Shown piece after piece: positions 26,046 through 37,985 of a DNA stretch of 39,663 bases (within the stretch, counting starts at the first letter, position 1; each line of letters begins with the position of its first letter). The position numbers were made by a program, and so were the translations under genes. The notes beneath the pieces were generated by a model. The model saw only the letters and a program-made list of their open reading frames with translations, did no database searches and was not told the origin of the DNA. Origin of the DNA: Gemmatimonadota bacterium (GTDB taxonomy: Bacteria > Gemmatimonadota > Gemmatimonadetes > Gemmatimonadales > Gemmatimonadaceae). Location: NCBI GenBank assembly GCA_031372565.1, contig JANMLN010000132.1:1-39663 (forward strand), read 5' to 3'.

Positions 26046-27041
26046 ATGGCACGCTCAGGGCGCAACGCCGCAGGTCCGTCAGGTACGTCGGAGGGGCACG
26101 TGCCCGTGCGGGGTGAGGTGCACCAGCACGCCCACGGCCCGGGCGTGGGACACGCGCACCACCACCTCGGTACGGGGCGTGACGCCACGCGCCGGCTGCA
26201 ATGGGCGCTCGCGATTACCGTCACCTTTCTGGTGGCCGAGGTCGTCGGCGGGTGGCTGTCCAACTCGTTGGCGCTCCTGGCCGACGCGGGGCACATGCTC
26301 ACCGACGCGGGGGCGCTGGGCCTGTCGCTGTTCGTGTCCTGGTTCGCGCGCCAGCCGTCGAATGCGCGCAAGACGTACGGCTACCTGCGCCTCGAGATCC
26401 TGGCCGCCTTCATCAACGGGGCCACGCTGCTCGTCATGTCGGTCTGGATCATCTGGGAGGCGGCGCTAAGGCTGCGCGCGCCGGAGGCGACGCAGGGCGG
26501 TCTGATGATGATCGTGGCGATCGCCGGGCTGGTGGCCAATCTGGTGGCGGCCTGGTTGCTCCACCCGCAGGACGGGGATTCGATCAATGTCCGGGGTGCG
26601 TACCTCCATGTGCTGGGCGACCTGCTCGGCTCGCTGGGCACGGTGGCGGCGGCCGTGATCATCCAGGCGACCGGCTGGATGGCGGCCGATCCGATCGTGT
26701 CGATCTTCACGTCGCTCCTGATCGTGCGGGGGGCGTGGGCACTGGTGCGGGAATCGGTGGACGTCCTGATGGAGGGGGCACCGGCGCACATCTCCTGTGA
26801 CCAGGTCCGCTCGGCGCTGGCGCAGATTCCCGGCGTGTCGGAGGTCCATGACCTGCATGTCTGGACGCTGACCTCCGGCATGGTGGCCCTGAGTGCGCAC
26901 GCCGTGGTGCCCGAGTCTGAACGCCATCAGGCGGTACTGGTGGCGGCCCACGAGACGGCGTCGCGGTTCGGCATCCAGCATGTCACGGTGCAACTCGAGC
27001 GCGAGGCGCTCCGCGATCGCGAATTGCATTTGCACGCGTGA
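26046..27041 (+). CDS. Cation diffusion facilitator, Zn/Co/Cd exporter (CzcD/ZitB-like)
   Basis: His-rich N-terminus, SLALLADAGHMLTD (HxxxD), TYGYLRLEILAA, AYLHVLGD (HxxxD), VHDLHVW and HVTVQLE. Confidence 0.93.
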   Translation: MARSGRNAAGPSGTSEGHVPVRGEVHQHAHGPGVGHAHHHLGTGRDATRRLQWALAITVTFLVAEVVGGWLSNSLALLADAGHMLTDAGALGLSLFVSWFARQPSNARKTYGYLRLEILAAFINGATLLVMSVWIIWEAALRLRAPEATQGGLMMIVAIAGLVANLVAAWLLHPQDGDSINVRGAYLHVLGDLLGSLGTVAAAVIIQATGWMAADPIVSIFTSLLIVRGAWALVRESVDVLMEGAPAHISCDQVRSALAQIPGVSEVHDLHVWTLTSGMVALSAHAVVPESERHQAVLVAAHETASRFGIQHVTVQLEREALRDRELHLHA

Positions 27042-27112
27042 GCGCGATGCGGTTTCTTTAGGAACGTCTGTACGCCGATCTGCCGTCCGTCCCGCCTCCC
27101 AGCCCACGAACG

Positions 27113-28807
<1,695 letters not shown>

Positions 28808-29011
28808 GGGTCGCACGGCCCGATTTGGGCCCAGCTCGTCGTCTCGCCACATCCGAGCGCGCCGTTCGTCCCACGCCGAGGCTGTGCGCGAATCGTTACG
28901 CATGCGTGTCAGGGTTTTCCCTATTTTGGTACGTGTTGACCGGATCCCGGCCGCCGCGGACGTTTGTCGCCGCGCAGTTGGCGGCACCACCACCCCAGGG
29001 AGAACGATGAC

Positions 29012-32000
29012 ATGACGCACTCCATGCACCGCCTCACGCGCGGAGTCGCGCGCGGGGCCCTTGCCGCCGTGATGCTTGCCACGGTGAGCAGTCGCGCTCT
29101 GGCCCAGGCACAAGCCACGACCGGCATCATTCGCGGGCAGGTCCGCGACACCGCGGGCGGTCCCATTGCGGGCGCGATGATCACGCTCAAGCAGATCGAG
29201 ACCAACATCACGCGCACCGTGCGCACGAGTGACGGTGGCCTGTATGTGGGCACGCTGCTGCCGCTGGGCACGTACGAGGTGACGGCGCGCGCCATCGGCT
29301 TCGAGGGGCAGTCCAAGACGGGCATCGTGCTCCGCCTTGGCGCGGTGGTGGAGCAGCCGTTCTCCCTGATCAAGCGGGCCACCGAGCTCGCCGGCGTCAC
29401 GATCACCGACAAGCTCAACACGCCGGTGAACACGTCCAAGACGGACGTGTCGCAGCAGCTGACCGAGCAGGCCGTCAAGGGAATTCCGAACAACGGCCGC
29501 AACTTCCTCGCGCTCACCACGCTGACGCCGGGCGTCGCGGTGGCGCAGGGGCCGGACGGCGACGTGTTGTCGATTGCCGGCCAGCGCGGCATCTACAACA
29601 ACGTGGCGGTCGATGGTGCCGACTTCAACAATCCGTTCTTCGGCGAGCAGCGCGGCGGCCAGCGGCCCGTGTTCACGTTCAACCTCGATGCGGTGCAGGA
29701 ACTCTCGGTGACCGCGCAGGGCGCGAACGCCGAGTTCGGCCGGTCGGCCGGTGGCTTCGTGAACGTGGTGACGAAGAGCGGCACCAACGAGTTCAAGGGC
29801 ACCGTCCACTACTTCGGCAAGGACGGCGCGCTGTCGGGTGATCTGACTGGCGTCGCGGGCAACACCTTCAGCCCCGACTTCCGCCAGCACCAGTTCGGCT
29901 TCACCTGGGGCGGTCCGATCATCAAGGACAAGCTCTTCTTCTTCACCGCATACGATCAGCAGGTCTACTCGGACATCAAGCAGAAGAACCGTCCCGGCAG
30001 CCTGCAGCTCGACAGCCTCACGAGCTTCCTCGCAAGCAGCCCCGCGCTCGGTGGCGCGCTCGCGGGCGACTTCGGCCCGATCACGCGCTCGAACAACGCG
30101 CAGGTCTTCCTCGCCAAGGTCGACTGGCGCATCAACGATCGCAACCTACTGTCGGTCAAGTACAACTTCACCAACTCCGAGCAGGCGAACGGCACCTTCG
30201 ACGTCGACAACTGGGGCGCGAGTGCCAACGGCGTCGAGAAGGCGTTCTCGAATGCGCTGAGCGGCCAGCTGACGACGCAGATCAACGACGCGATCTCGAA
30301 CGAGTTCCGGTTCCAGTTTGCGCGCGAGGACCGTCCGCGTGACTACGTCGCTCCGGGGCTGCCGGGTGGACGCAAGTTCCCCGACACGGGCATGGATTTC
30401 GGCAACGCCTTCCGCATCGGGCAGCCGTTCTTCCTGCCGGTGGTCTACAACGACACGCGCGTGCAGCTGCTGAACAACGTGAGCATCGTCACGGGCGACC
30501 ATCTGATCAAGATCGGCGGCGAGGCCAACTTCGTCTCGTCGAACCAGACCTTCATCGGCTTCGCGAACGGCCGCTTCATCTTCAACAGCGTGACCGGCTT
30601 CCGGAACTACGTCACGCAGGGCAACAACTACGTCGAGTGCTCGAATCCGGCTGGCGTGCAGGTCTCCACCAACACCACCGGCGCCTGCCCGGGCGGCACG
30701 AGCATCAGCGGTCCGGTGCTGCTCTACCTGCAGCAGGCCGGGGTCGGTGGCCGCACCGTGCAGGACGCGGGCACGCAGTCGATTCCGCAGACCGACCTGG
30801 CGCTGTTCATCCAGGACACCTGGAAGCCCAAGTCCAACCTCACCGTCAACTACGGCCTCCGGTGGGAAGCCGAGATCCAGCCCGACCCGCTCACCGATCC
30901 GAGCCAGGTGTTCTTCAGGCCGCTGATCGGACAGTCGTTCAACGGACGGGCGTTTCCGTCGAACGGCAAGATTCCGTCGGACATGGCCATGTTCCAGCCG
31001 CGCTTGGGCCTCTCGTGGGACATCGACGGCGACGGTACGCAGGTCGCGCGGTTCAGCGCCGGCGTGTACAACGCCCGCGTGGCCGCGCTCTCCTTTGCCA
31101 GCGTGCGCTCCACCAACGGCTCCATCGGCCAGACCCTCTTTCGCAACAGCGCGCTGACGGGCATCCTCGGTGCGCCGCCGGCGTACACGCAGCTCCTCAC
31201 GCCGCCGCCGGGCGCGCCGTTCCGCCCGGACGTGTTCGTGGTGGATCAGGACTTCAAGAACCCGCGCACGCTGAGCTACTCCGCGTCGTACGAGCGGCTC
31301 ATTACCGAGGGGATCACGGGCAGTGTCACCGCCACGTACGCCATCTCGGATCGGCTCACGCGGTTCGTGAACCGCAATGACGCCGTTTTCTACCCGGGCG
31401 GCGGCGGCGACGGGCCGTTCACCACGGCGCTGGGCGGCGGCAACGGCATCGGAGCGCTCACGACGGTCGAGAGCTCGGCCATGAGCAAGTACGCCGGGGT
31501 CACCATCGGGTTCGCGCGACGCAACGCCTCGAACTACCTGTTCGACGTGAACTACACCTATTCGCGCGACCGGTCGAACGACGACAACGAGCGCGATCCC
31601 TTCACCTTCACGTACGCCGTGGCGAACCAACTCGACAAGGAGTGGGGCTACAGCAACCGCGACCAGACGCACCGATTCAACGGCTACCTGCTCACCAAGC
31701 TCGATTACGGCTTCGTGCTCAACAACAGCTTCTCGTATCGTTCGGCCACGCCCGTGTCGGCCAAGTGCGTCGGCAATGTCGAGAGCCAACAGCGCGCGGG
31801 CAGCCCACAGGACCGCATCTGCACCAACGGCAGCGTCCTGCAGCGCAACACGCTGCGCCGCAGCAACGAGTACGCCAGCTGGGATCTGCGCCTCGCGCGC
31901 ACCTTCGCGATGGCCGACGGCCGCTCGTTCGAGGCGATCGTCGAAGTGTTCAACGTCCTCGGTCGCAACAATTTCCGCGATCCGTCGGCCAACGGCCTGC

Positions 32001-32080
32001 TCTTCAACTTCGACGGCACGATCCGGTCCGGCTACGGCGACCCGCGCCAGATCCAGGCCGGTATCAAGTACAGCTTCTAG
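29012..32080 (+). CDS. TonB-dependent receptor, Oar-like, with N-terminal carboxypeptidase-regulatory-like domain
   Basis: GGAGA RBS and signal peptide, GQVRDTAGGPIAGA, LPLGTYEV, GRNFLALTTLTPG, AEFGRSAGGFVNVVTKSGTN, FIQDTWK, NYGLRWE, FQPRLGLSW, and the end PRQIQAGIKYSF. Confidence 0.95.
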   Translation: MTHSMHRLTRGVARGALAAVMLATVSSRALAQAQATTGIIRGQVRDTAGGPIAGAMITLKQIETNITRTVRTSDGGLYVGTLLPLGTYEVTARAIGFEGQSKTGIVLRLGAVVEQPFSLIKRATELAGVTITDKLNTPVNTSKTDVSQQLTEQAVKGIPNNGRNFLALTTLTPGVAVAQGPDGDVLSIAGQRGIYNNVAVDGADFNNPFFGEQRGGQRPVFTFNLDAVQELSVTAQGANAEFGRSAGGFVNVVTKSGTNEFKGTVHYFGKDGALSGDLTGVAGNTFSPDFRQHQFGFTWGGPIIKDKLFFFTAYDQQVYSDIKQKNRPGSLQLDSLTSFLASSPALGGALAGDFGPITRSNNAQVFLAKVDWRINDRNLLSVKYNFTNSEQANGTFDVDNWGASANGVEKAFSNALSGQLTTQINDAISNEFRFQFAREDRPRDYVAPGLPGGRKFPDTGMDFGNAFRIGQPFFLPVVYNDTRVQLLNNVSIVTGDHLIKIGGEANFVSSNQTFIGFANGRFIFNSVTGFRNYVTQGNNYVECSNPAGVQVSTNTTGACPGGTSISGPVLLYLQQAGVGGRTVQDAGTQSIPQTDLALFIQDTWKPKSNLTVNYGLRWEAEIQPDPLTDPSQVFFRPLIGQSFNGRAFPSNGKIPSDMAMFQPRLGLSWDIDGDGTQVARFSAGVYNARVAALSFASVRSTNGSIGQTLFRNSALTGILGAPPAYTQLLTPPPGAPFRPDVFVVDQDFKNPRTLSYSASYERLITEGITGSVTATYAISDRLTRFVNRNDAVFYPGGGGDGPFTTALGGGNGIGALTTVESSAMSKYAGVTIGFARRNASNYLFDVNYTYSRDRSNDDNERDPFTFTYAVANQLDKEWGYSNRDQTHRFNGYLLTKLDYGFVLNNSFSYRSATPVSAKCVGNVESQQRAGSPQDRICTNGSVLQRNTLRRSNEYASWDLRLARTFAMADGRSFEAIVEVFNVLGRNNFRDPSANGLLFNFDGTIRSGYGDPRQIQAGIKYSF

Positions 32081-32099
32081 ACCCAACCGCTCGGCAGGA

Positions 32100-32136
32100 C
32101 ACGGCGGGGCTCCGGTCGATCCGGGGCCCCGTCGTG
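32100..32136. terminator. Strong hairpin between convergent genes (likely bidirectional terminator)
   Basis: CACGGCGGGGCTCCGG-tcgat-CCGGGGCCCCGTCGTG forms a 16-bp stem with two G-U pairs, between the stops at 32080 and 32147. Confidence 0.7.
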
Positions 32137-32146
32137 CGTCGCGGTG

Positions 32147-34516
32147 TCACTCGTACGCGAGCGCTGCAGCGGTCGTGATGCGCATGGCCCGCACCGCGGG
32201 CCAGAGGCAGGCGAGAAACGACACGACCAGCACCACTGCCAGCCACGCGACCACGCCCACCATGTCGGGCACGAGCGTGACCGGCACTTCGAACATGATG
32301 CGCGCGAACGCGCGTTCGAGCGCGACGCTCATCGGGAGCGAGAGCGGGATCGCGAGCGCCCAGCCCAGGAGGGTCACGACCAGTCCCTCGACCTGGATCA
32401 TGGTGAGAATGGCGCCATGGCGCGCGCCGATGGCACGGAGCACGCCGATCTCGCGCGTCCGCTCCAGCACCCCCAGACTCATCGTGCTGGCCAGGCCAAG
32501 GCCGCCGACGATGATCATCAACTGCGACATGAGCCCGAGAAAGGACGCGACCATCAGCAGGTGATCCTCGAGGGCGGCCCGACCGGCCTGCGTGAGCGAC
32601 GTCGATGCGACCAGCAGTCCCGCCGCTTCATAGCGCGCCCGCAGTCGCTGAATCAGGTCCGCCTGCGCGGCCAGCCCCATGGGCGCCAGCCGCAGCGCCA
32701 CGGTTCCCACGGTCGCGGTGCCGCTGACGCGTGCGAGGGCAGAGCGCGTGACGTACGCTCCTGCGGTCGGGCCCGCCCCGACCACGCCCACCACGGTCCA
32801 GGTACGCGCCATGCCACCGATGAGCAACGGCACGCGCGCGCCAAGCTGGAGCGCCGGTTCCTCTTCCTGCAGGCGTGGTGTGACGACGATGCCGTCGCTG
32901 TCGGCCGCCGTGAGCCAGCGGCCCGCCGACACCGGGAACGCGACCAGCTTCGTGTCGGGGGGCAGGGCGGTGATGCCGAACGCCGGACGCGGCAGCGAAT
33001 CGGCCCCCAGTACCGCCGCGCGTGCGCCGCTCCACCCCTCTGCACCCTCCACGCCACGCTCCGCCACGGCCACGGCGACGAGCGAGTCCGCCTCGTGGCG
33101 GCGTTCGAAGCGCACGGTCAGCTGATAGCGCAGTTCCTCGTCGTACAGCACGCGCACGGAGTCGCGGATGGAGCCGCGCAGGTTGAGCGCCCCCAGGAAC
33201 ACGGCGCCGCCCGTGGCGAGCGTGAGCAGCGTGAGGACCATGCGCTCGCGCTTGCGGAACGCATTGCGCAGCGAGAGCAGCAGCGGCCGTGCGAGACCGG
33301 TCGCGCCGAACAGTGCCCCCGCCGCAGACGCCGGCGCTTGACCGAGTCCGGTGTCGCGCAGCGCCTCCGAGACGCTCACCGCGCAGCCGCGCCGAACGGG
33401 CACCAGCGCCGCCAGCACTGGCAGCAGCGCCCCAGCCACGAGTTGCACGCCGAAGGTCCAGCGCGGAATCGGCGTGGCCCCGACCTCGAAGTTGAGCATG
33501 GAGGCCGAGAAGCCGGCGTACGCCCGCGCCACCACGGCCGCGGTCGGGATCGCCACCACGCAGGCCACCAGACCGAGCGCGAGCGCAAGGCCCAGGTACA
33601 TGGCCGTGAGCTGCGCGGGCGACGCACCCAGCGTCTTCATGATGCCGATCTCGCGCTGCTGCCCGGCCAACATGCCGGTCACCAGGTTCACCACGAGGAA
33701 GCCGCTGAGCAGCAGCAGCACCATGCCAAAGGCGCCCTGCGTGAAGAGCAGCGAGTCCATCTGTGCCTGATGCTCATGCCGTCCGGGCACGGGGACGGTC
33801 ACGTCGCGCACCTGCGCCCCCTGTGCCTCGGCCACGCGACGCACACGGGCCGCCACTCCGCGAATGGCATCGCGGCTGTCGGCGCCGTCGCGCACCACGA
33901 TGCGCAGGTCGTTGGGCGTGGGATCGCCCCCGAGCGCGACGATGGTGGCCGGACTGACGAAGCCATACACCACGTGCTCCATCCAGCCGGGCGCGAGCGT
34001 GCCGTCCCGTGCCATGCCGGTGACCGGGAAGGTGAGCGATGCCCCGTTACCGAGCCGGAGTGCGACGGTGCCACCCGGATGCACGTTGGCAAAGTCCGCC
34101 GATGAGTGCTCGATGACAAACGCGCGATCGGGCGGTGGCCATGTGCCTGAATCTCCGGCCACGCGCCCGATGGTGTGCGTCGCGATGTCGGCGGCCACGA
34201 AGAGCATGGCGCTCCGTGCGGTGCCATCGGTCGTGACGGTGCCCATGACCGTGCGGCGCGCCTCCGCCGCCTTCACCTCGGGCATGGCGCGTACGGCGGC
34301 AAGCACGGGTGCCGTCACGGCGTCGAGCCGGAGCGTGGCCGATGGCGGGTTGGTGCCGAGAAAGCCCTCGACCGTCACGCGACGCAGCAGTGCCCACGTA
34401 TCGAGCACGCTGCCGGCGCCGGTGATGCCGATCGCGATGGCGAGCACCACGAGCGCCGTGCGCGCGCCGTGGAGGCGCACGTCGCGCCAGACCTTGAGGA
34501 CACGCAGGCTACGCAT
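32147..34516 (-). CDS. ABC transporter permease, MacB/FtsX family, internally duplicated
   Basis: Two halves, each with a TM helix, a large periplasmic domain and a MacB motif (QQREIGIMKTLGA; ERTREIGVLRAIGA). Ends in AALAYE. Confidence 0.92.
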   Translation of the reverse strand: MRSLRVLKVWRDVRLHGARTALVVLAIAIGITGAGSVLDTWALLRRVTVEGFLGTNPPSATLRLDAVTAPVLAAVRAMPEVKAAEARRTVMGTVTTDGTARSAMLFVAADIATHTIGRVAGDSGTWPPPDRAFVIEHSSADFANVHPGGTVALRLGNGASLTFPVTGMARDGTLAPGWMEHVVYGFVSPATIVALGGDPTPNDLRIVVRDGADSRDAIRGVAARVRRVAEAQGAQVRDVTVPVPGRHEHQAQMDSLLFTQGAFGMVLLLLSGFLVVNLVTGMLAGQQREIGIMKTLGASPAQLTAMYLGLALALGLVACVVAIPTAAVVARAYAGFSASMLNFEVGATPIPRWTFGVQLVAGALLPVLAALVPVRRGCAVSVSEALRDTGLGQAPASAAGALFGATGLARPLLLSLRNAFRKRERMVLTLLTLATGGAVFLGALNLRGSIRDSVRVLYDEELRYQLTVRFERRHEADSLVAVAVAERGVEGAEGWSGARAAVLGADSLPRPAFGITALPPDTKLVAFPVSAGRWLTAADSDGIVVTPRLQEEEPALQLGARVPLLIGGMARTWTVVGVVGAGPTAGAYVTRSALARVSGTATVGTVALRLAPMGLAAQADLIQRLRARYEAAGLLVASTSLTQAGRAALEDHLLMVASFLGLMSQLMIIVGGLGLASTMSLGVLERTREIGVLRAIGARHGAILTMIQVEGLVVTLLGWALAIPLSLPMSVALERAFARIMFEVPVTLVPDMVGVVAWLAVVLVVSFLACLWPAVRAMRITTAAALAYE

Positions 34517-35222
34517 GGGCGCGCCCGCGGTCGTCGTCCGCCACGCGTCCGTCGGCGAGACTGATCGTGTGCGTCGCGCGGTGTCGCGCGGCCACGTCGT
34601 GCGTGACCATCACCACGGTCTGTCCGTCGCGCGCGAGCGATGCGCAGAGGTCGAGAATCTGACCAGCCGTCTTCGAGTCGAGATTGCCGGTGGGTTCGTC
34701 CGCGAGGAGGACCGCCGGTTCGTTGGCGAGTGCGCGCGCGATGGCCACGCGCTGCTGCTGGCCACCCGAGAGTGTGGCGGGCAGCTTGTCGGCCTGATCG
34801 GCCACGCCGAGTCGTTCAAGGAGCGCCACCGCACGGCCGCGCCGCTCACTGCCCGGCCACCGGTCGCAGAAGTCCATCGGCAACATCACGTTCTCGGCTG
34901 CAGTGAGCGTCGGAAGCAGCCGGAAGAACTGGAAGACGATGCCGACGTTGCGCCCGCGCCATGCCGTGATGGCGCGCTCGGGCAGGGCGTGGACGCCGGT
35001 GTCACCGACGATGACCTCACCGCGCGTCGGGCGATCCACGCCCGACAGGAGCGAGAGCAGCGTGGACTTGCCGCTGCCACTCTGCCCGACGATCACCGCA
35101 AAGGCGCCACGCGCAATCGAGAGCGAGACGCCATCGAGGGCCGTGAAGGTGCCTGCCGCCGTCGGGTAGGTCCGCACGACATCGCGCAGGAGGATGAGGG
35201 GTTCGGTCGGAGCGGAAGACAT
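34509..35222 (-). CDS. ABC transporter ATP-binding protein (LolD/MacB-type)
   Basis: [45 protein letters not shown] and MVTHD. Probable start is ATG 35222. Confidence 0.95.
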   Translation of the reverse strand: MSSAPTEPLILLRDVVRTYPTAAGTFTALDGVSLSIARGAFAVIVGQSGSGKSTLLSLLSGVDRPTRGEVIVGDTGVHALPERAITAWRGRNVGIVFQFFRLLPTLTAAENVMLPMDFCDRWPGSERRGRAVALLERLGVADQADKLPATLSGGQQQRVAIARALANEPAVLLADEPTGNLDSKTAGQILDLCASLARDGQTVVMVTHDVAARHRATHTISLADGRVADDDRGRAHA

Positions 35223-35331
35223 CGGGGCTGAACGGGAGGCGTGGAGGACGAAGTGCAGCAGGCTGCGCGGAGGTCGGCAGCCACACGAGAAGGGTAGGAC
35301 CGGCAGCATCGGCGCGATACGTCCGCGCGTG

Positions 35332-35361
35332 CCGCTCACCGGTACCGTTCGACCATTCAGC
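35332..35361. promoter_or_regulatory. Putative LytTR direct-repeat binding site
   Basis: CCGCTCACC (35332-35340) and CCATTCAGC (35353-35361) are 9-mers with a 12-nt spacer that resemble the AlgR box CCGTTCGTC. A further CCGCTCGTC lies at 35412-35420. Confidence 0.5.
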
Positions 35362-35444
35362 GAAATGCGCATGGTTCTCGCGCGCTGTGCATGTCAGCTT
35401 GCCTTCGTCGCCCGCTCGTCCTGTCACGTCACCCGGAGCCTCGC

Positions 35445-36038
35445 ATGACGCCCCGCTCTCTGATGGTTGCACTTCTCGTGGCCGTCGCCTCGCCGGCCGC
35501 CGCACAGCACACCGCCGCGCCCGCAGACGCCGGGTTCCGCGCACCGCCGGAAGCGCGGCAGTTCGACTTCCTCATCGGACAGTGGGAGCTCGTGGTGCTG
35601 CCGAAGGTCAACTCGCTCGCGGCGCGCATCCACGGCGTGCCGAAGCTGTCGGGTATCTGGAAGTCCTGGCGCGCGATGGACGGATGGGGGGTCGAGGACG
35701 AACTCCGCATCGTGGATGCCTCGGGCAATCCGAAGTCGCTGTCGCATGCGCTGCGCGTCTACAATGCGGACGCCAAGCGCTGGAAGAACGTGGGTGTCGA
35801 CGTGTACTACGGCACGATGTCGCAGAGCACCGCGACGTGGGACGGCGCGGCCATGGTCGTGAGCGGGCAGGGCACCGACGGCGACGGCAAGTCGTACCTC
35901 TCGCGCATCCGCTTCAGCGACATCACGCCGAACGCCTTCCGCTACCGCGCGGATCGCTCCTACGACCTCGGCAAGACGTGGACGGAGGGTGTGCTCACGA
36001 TCGAGGCGAAGCGGGCCGGCGCGACCGCGACGCGTTAG
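35445..36038 (+). CDS. Secreted beta-barrel-like hypothetical protein (DUF1579-like)
   Basis: GGAG RBS, signal peptide ending ...PAAA-Q, RQFDFLIGQWEL near the N-terminus, and SYDLGKTW near the C-terminus. Confidence 0.75.
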   Translation: MTPRSLMVALLVAVASPAAAQHTAAPADAGFRAPPEARQFDFLIGQWELVVLPKVNSLAARIHGVPKLSGIWKSWRAMDGWGVEDELRIVDASGNPKSLSHALRVYNADAKRWKNVGVDVYYGTMSQSTATWDGAAMVVSGQGTDGDGKSYLSRIRFSDITPNAFRYRADRSYDLGKTWTEGVLTIEAKRAGATATR

Positions 36039-36050
36039 GCGCTGACACGG

Positions 36051-37166
36051 ATGGTCACCGCCCTTGCCGCGGCAGGTGCAGCGCGGGAAGCTTCGCGCAT
36101 GCGCCGCACCTGGATCTGGCTGCAGTTGCTCCTCGGATGGATTCCCGTCTGGGTGCTGTACGCGACGATGATCATGGCGGCGCACCCGCCGACCGGTCTC
36201 CACGCGGCGGCCTTCGCGGCGTTCACGTCCATCGTGCCGGCCGCGCTGCTCGGACTGGTGGTGCGCCGGGTGACGCAGCGCGTGCCGTGGCCGATGCCGT
36301 TCCAGGCCTGGTTTGCGGCGCTGCATCTGGGGGCGGCGGTCATCTATTCCGTCACGTGGTACGCCGCGGCCCTCCTCGTCAACCTGTCCATTCGGCACCT
36401 CGTGGGTGGGCCGCACGATCTGACCGCGGCCCCCGTCGCGCCGTTTCTCGTCATCGGCGTCTGGCTGTACGTGATGGTGGCGGGGATCGCGTATGCCATG
36501 GACGCCACCGAGCGCGCCGCGCGGTCCGAGGCGGCCGCTGCGCGCGCGCAACTCGGAGCGCTCCGGGCGCAGCTGCATCCGCACTTCCTATTCAACACGC
36601 TGCATACGGTGGTCCAGCTGATTCCGCGCGATCCCGTGCGCGCGGCGGATGCGGCCGAGCAGGTGGCCGCGCTGCTGCGCATCACGATCAGCGAAGACCG
36701 CGACGAGGTCACGCTCAGGGAAGAATGGGCGTTCGTGTCACGGTACCTCGACCTCGAGCGCATGCGCTTCGGCGATCGACTGCGCGTGGTCACGGACATC
36801 CAGGTATCTGCGCACGCACTGCTCGTACCGTCCTTCGCGCTGCAGACATTGGTGGAGAACGCGGTACGACATGGCGCGCAGCCGCGGATCGAGCCCACGA
36901 CGCTGCACGTGGATGCGACCGTGGATCGCGCCCGGCTCGTGGTGCGTGTCCGTGACGACGGGGCGGGGGCGCCGAGCGATGCGCTGAGCGGAGGCTCGGC
37001 TGGCCTGCGAGGCGGCGCAGGTGGCACGGGCCTCGCGCGGCTTCGCGAACGGCTGGCCGCGCTGTACGGCGCCGGGGCGACGCTCGAGGTCGTGCCCGGC
37101 ATCGGGGGTGGCGTGGTGGCAACACTCACGCTGCCGACGCGCACCGCCGCCGAGGCCGACGCGTGA
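36051..37166 (+). CDS. LytS/YehU-type membrane sensor histidine kinase
   Basis: About four TM helices, LRAQLHPHFLFNTLH (H box), YLDLERMRFGDRL, LQTLVENAVRHG, VRDDGAG and GTGL. ATG 36099 is an alternative start. Confidence 0.93.
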   Translation: MVTALAAAGAAREASRMRRTWIWLQLLLGWIPVWVLYATMIMAAHPPTGLHAAAFAAFTSIVPAALLGLVVRRVTQRVPWPMPFQAWFAALHLGAAVIYSVTWYAAALLVNLSIRHLVGGPHDLTAAPVAPFLVIGVWLYVMVAGIAYAMDATERAARSEAAAARAQLGALRAQLHPHFLFNTLHTVVQLIPRDPVRAADAAEQVAALLRITISEDRDEVTLREEWAFVSRYLDLERMRFGDRLRVVTDIQVSAHALLVPSFALQTLVENAVRHGAQPRIEPTTLHVDATVDRARLVVRVRDDGAGAPSDALSGGSAGLRGGAGGTGLARLRERLAALYGAGATLEVVPGIGGGVVATLTLPTRTAAEADA

Positions 37167-37897
37167 GCGTGCGCGTGGTGATCGCGGACGACGAGCCGCT
37201 CGCGCGCGCGGGCCTCCGCGACCTGCTGGCGGCGCACGACTGGGTGACCGTGGTTGGCGAGGCTGCACATGGACTCGCTGCGGTCGAGCAGATCAACACG
37301 CTCGCACCCGATCTCGTCTTCCTCGACATCCAGATGCCGGGGCTCCTTGGCATCGAGGTGCTGCAGCGCATCGCCCATCAGCCGCACGTCGTGTTCACCA
37401 CGGCGTACGCGGAACACGCCGTCACCGCGTTCGAACTGGGCGCGCTCGACTACCTGCTCAAGCCGTTCGGCGCCGCGCGACTGGCCACGGCGATGACGCG
37501 CGTGCGCTCAGCGCTTGGGGAACCGGCAGCGGCTGGCGCGCTCGACCGGATGAGCGAGGCGCTGAGCCAGGGGCCGATGACGCGACTGTTCGTGCGCAGC
37601 GGCAACGCCCTCACCCCCGTGCCGGTTGATCGCGTCGACTGGTTCGAGGCCGACGGCGACTATGTCGTGGCGCACGCGGGAGCGTCGCGGCACCTCGTCC
37701 ACGTGTCGCTCAACCGACTCGAGGCACGGCTCGATCCGTCGCGGTTCCAGCGCATGCATCGTGCGCATCTGGTGAACCTCGCGTCGGTCCGGACGTTCCG
37801 ACGTGTCGAGGGGCGGCTCGTGGCCGAACTGCACGACGGGACGCGGTTGCCGGTGAGTCGGGCGAAGGCGCAGGAGCTTCGCGCGCAGGGGAGCTGA
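37163..37897 (+). CDS. LytTR family response regulator
   Basis: IADDEPLAR, FLDIQMP, VFTTAY, DYLLKP (receiver domain) and FEADGDYV...FQRMHRAHLVN...LPVSR (LytTR). GTGA overlap with the kinase. Confidence 0.96.
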   Translation: MSVRVVIADDEPLARAGLRDLLAAHDWVTVVGEAAHGLAAVEQINTLAPDLVFLDIQMPGLLGIEVLQRIAHQPHVVFTTAYAEHAVTAFELGALDYLLKPFGAARLATAMTRVRSALGEPAAAGALDRMSEALSQGPMTRLFVRSGNALTPVPVDRVDWFEADGDYVVAHAGASRHLVHVSLNRLEARLDPSRFQRMHRAHLVNLASVRTFRRVEGRLVAELHDGTRLPVSRAKAQELRAQGS

Positions 37898-37985
37898 TCG
37901 CACGCATCAGTCGTCGAACCCTGTCACCGCGAGCACACGCGCGTTCCCCTCACGTGTTCCGCCGTCTCGGGCGACGCGCTCCGCC

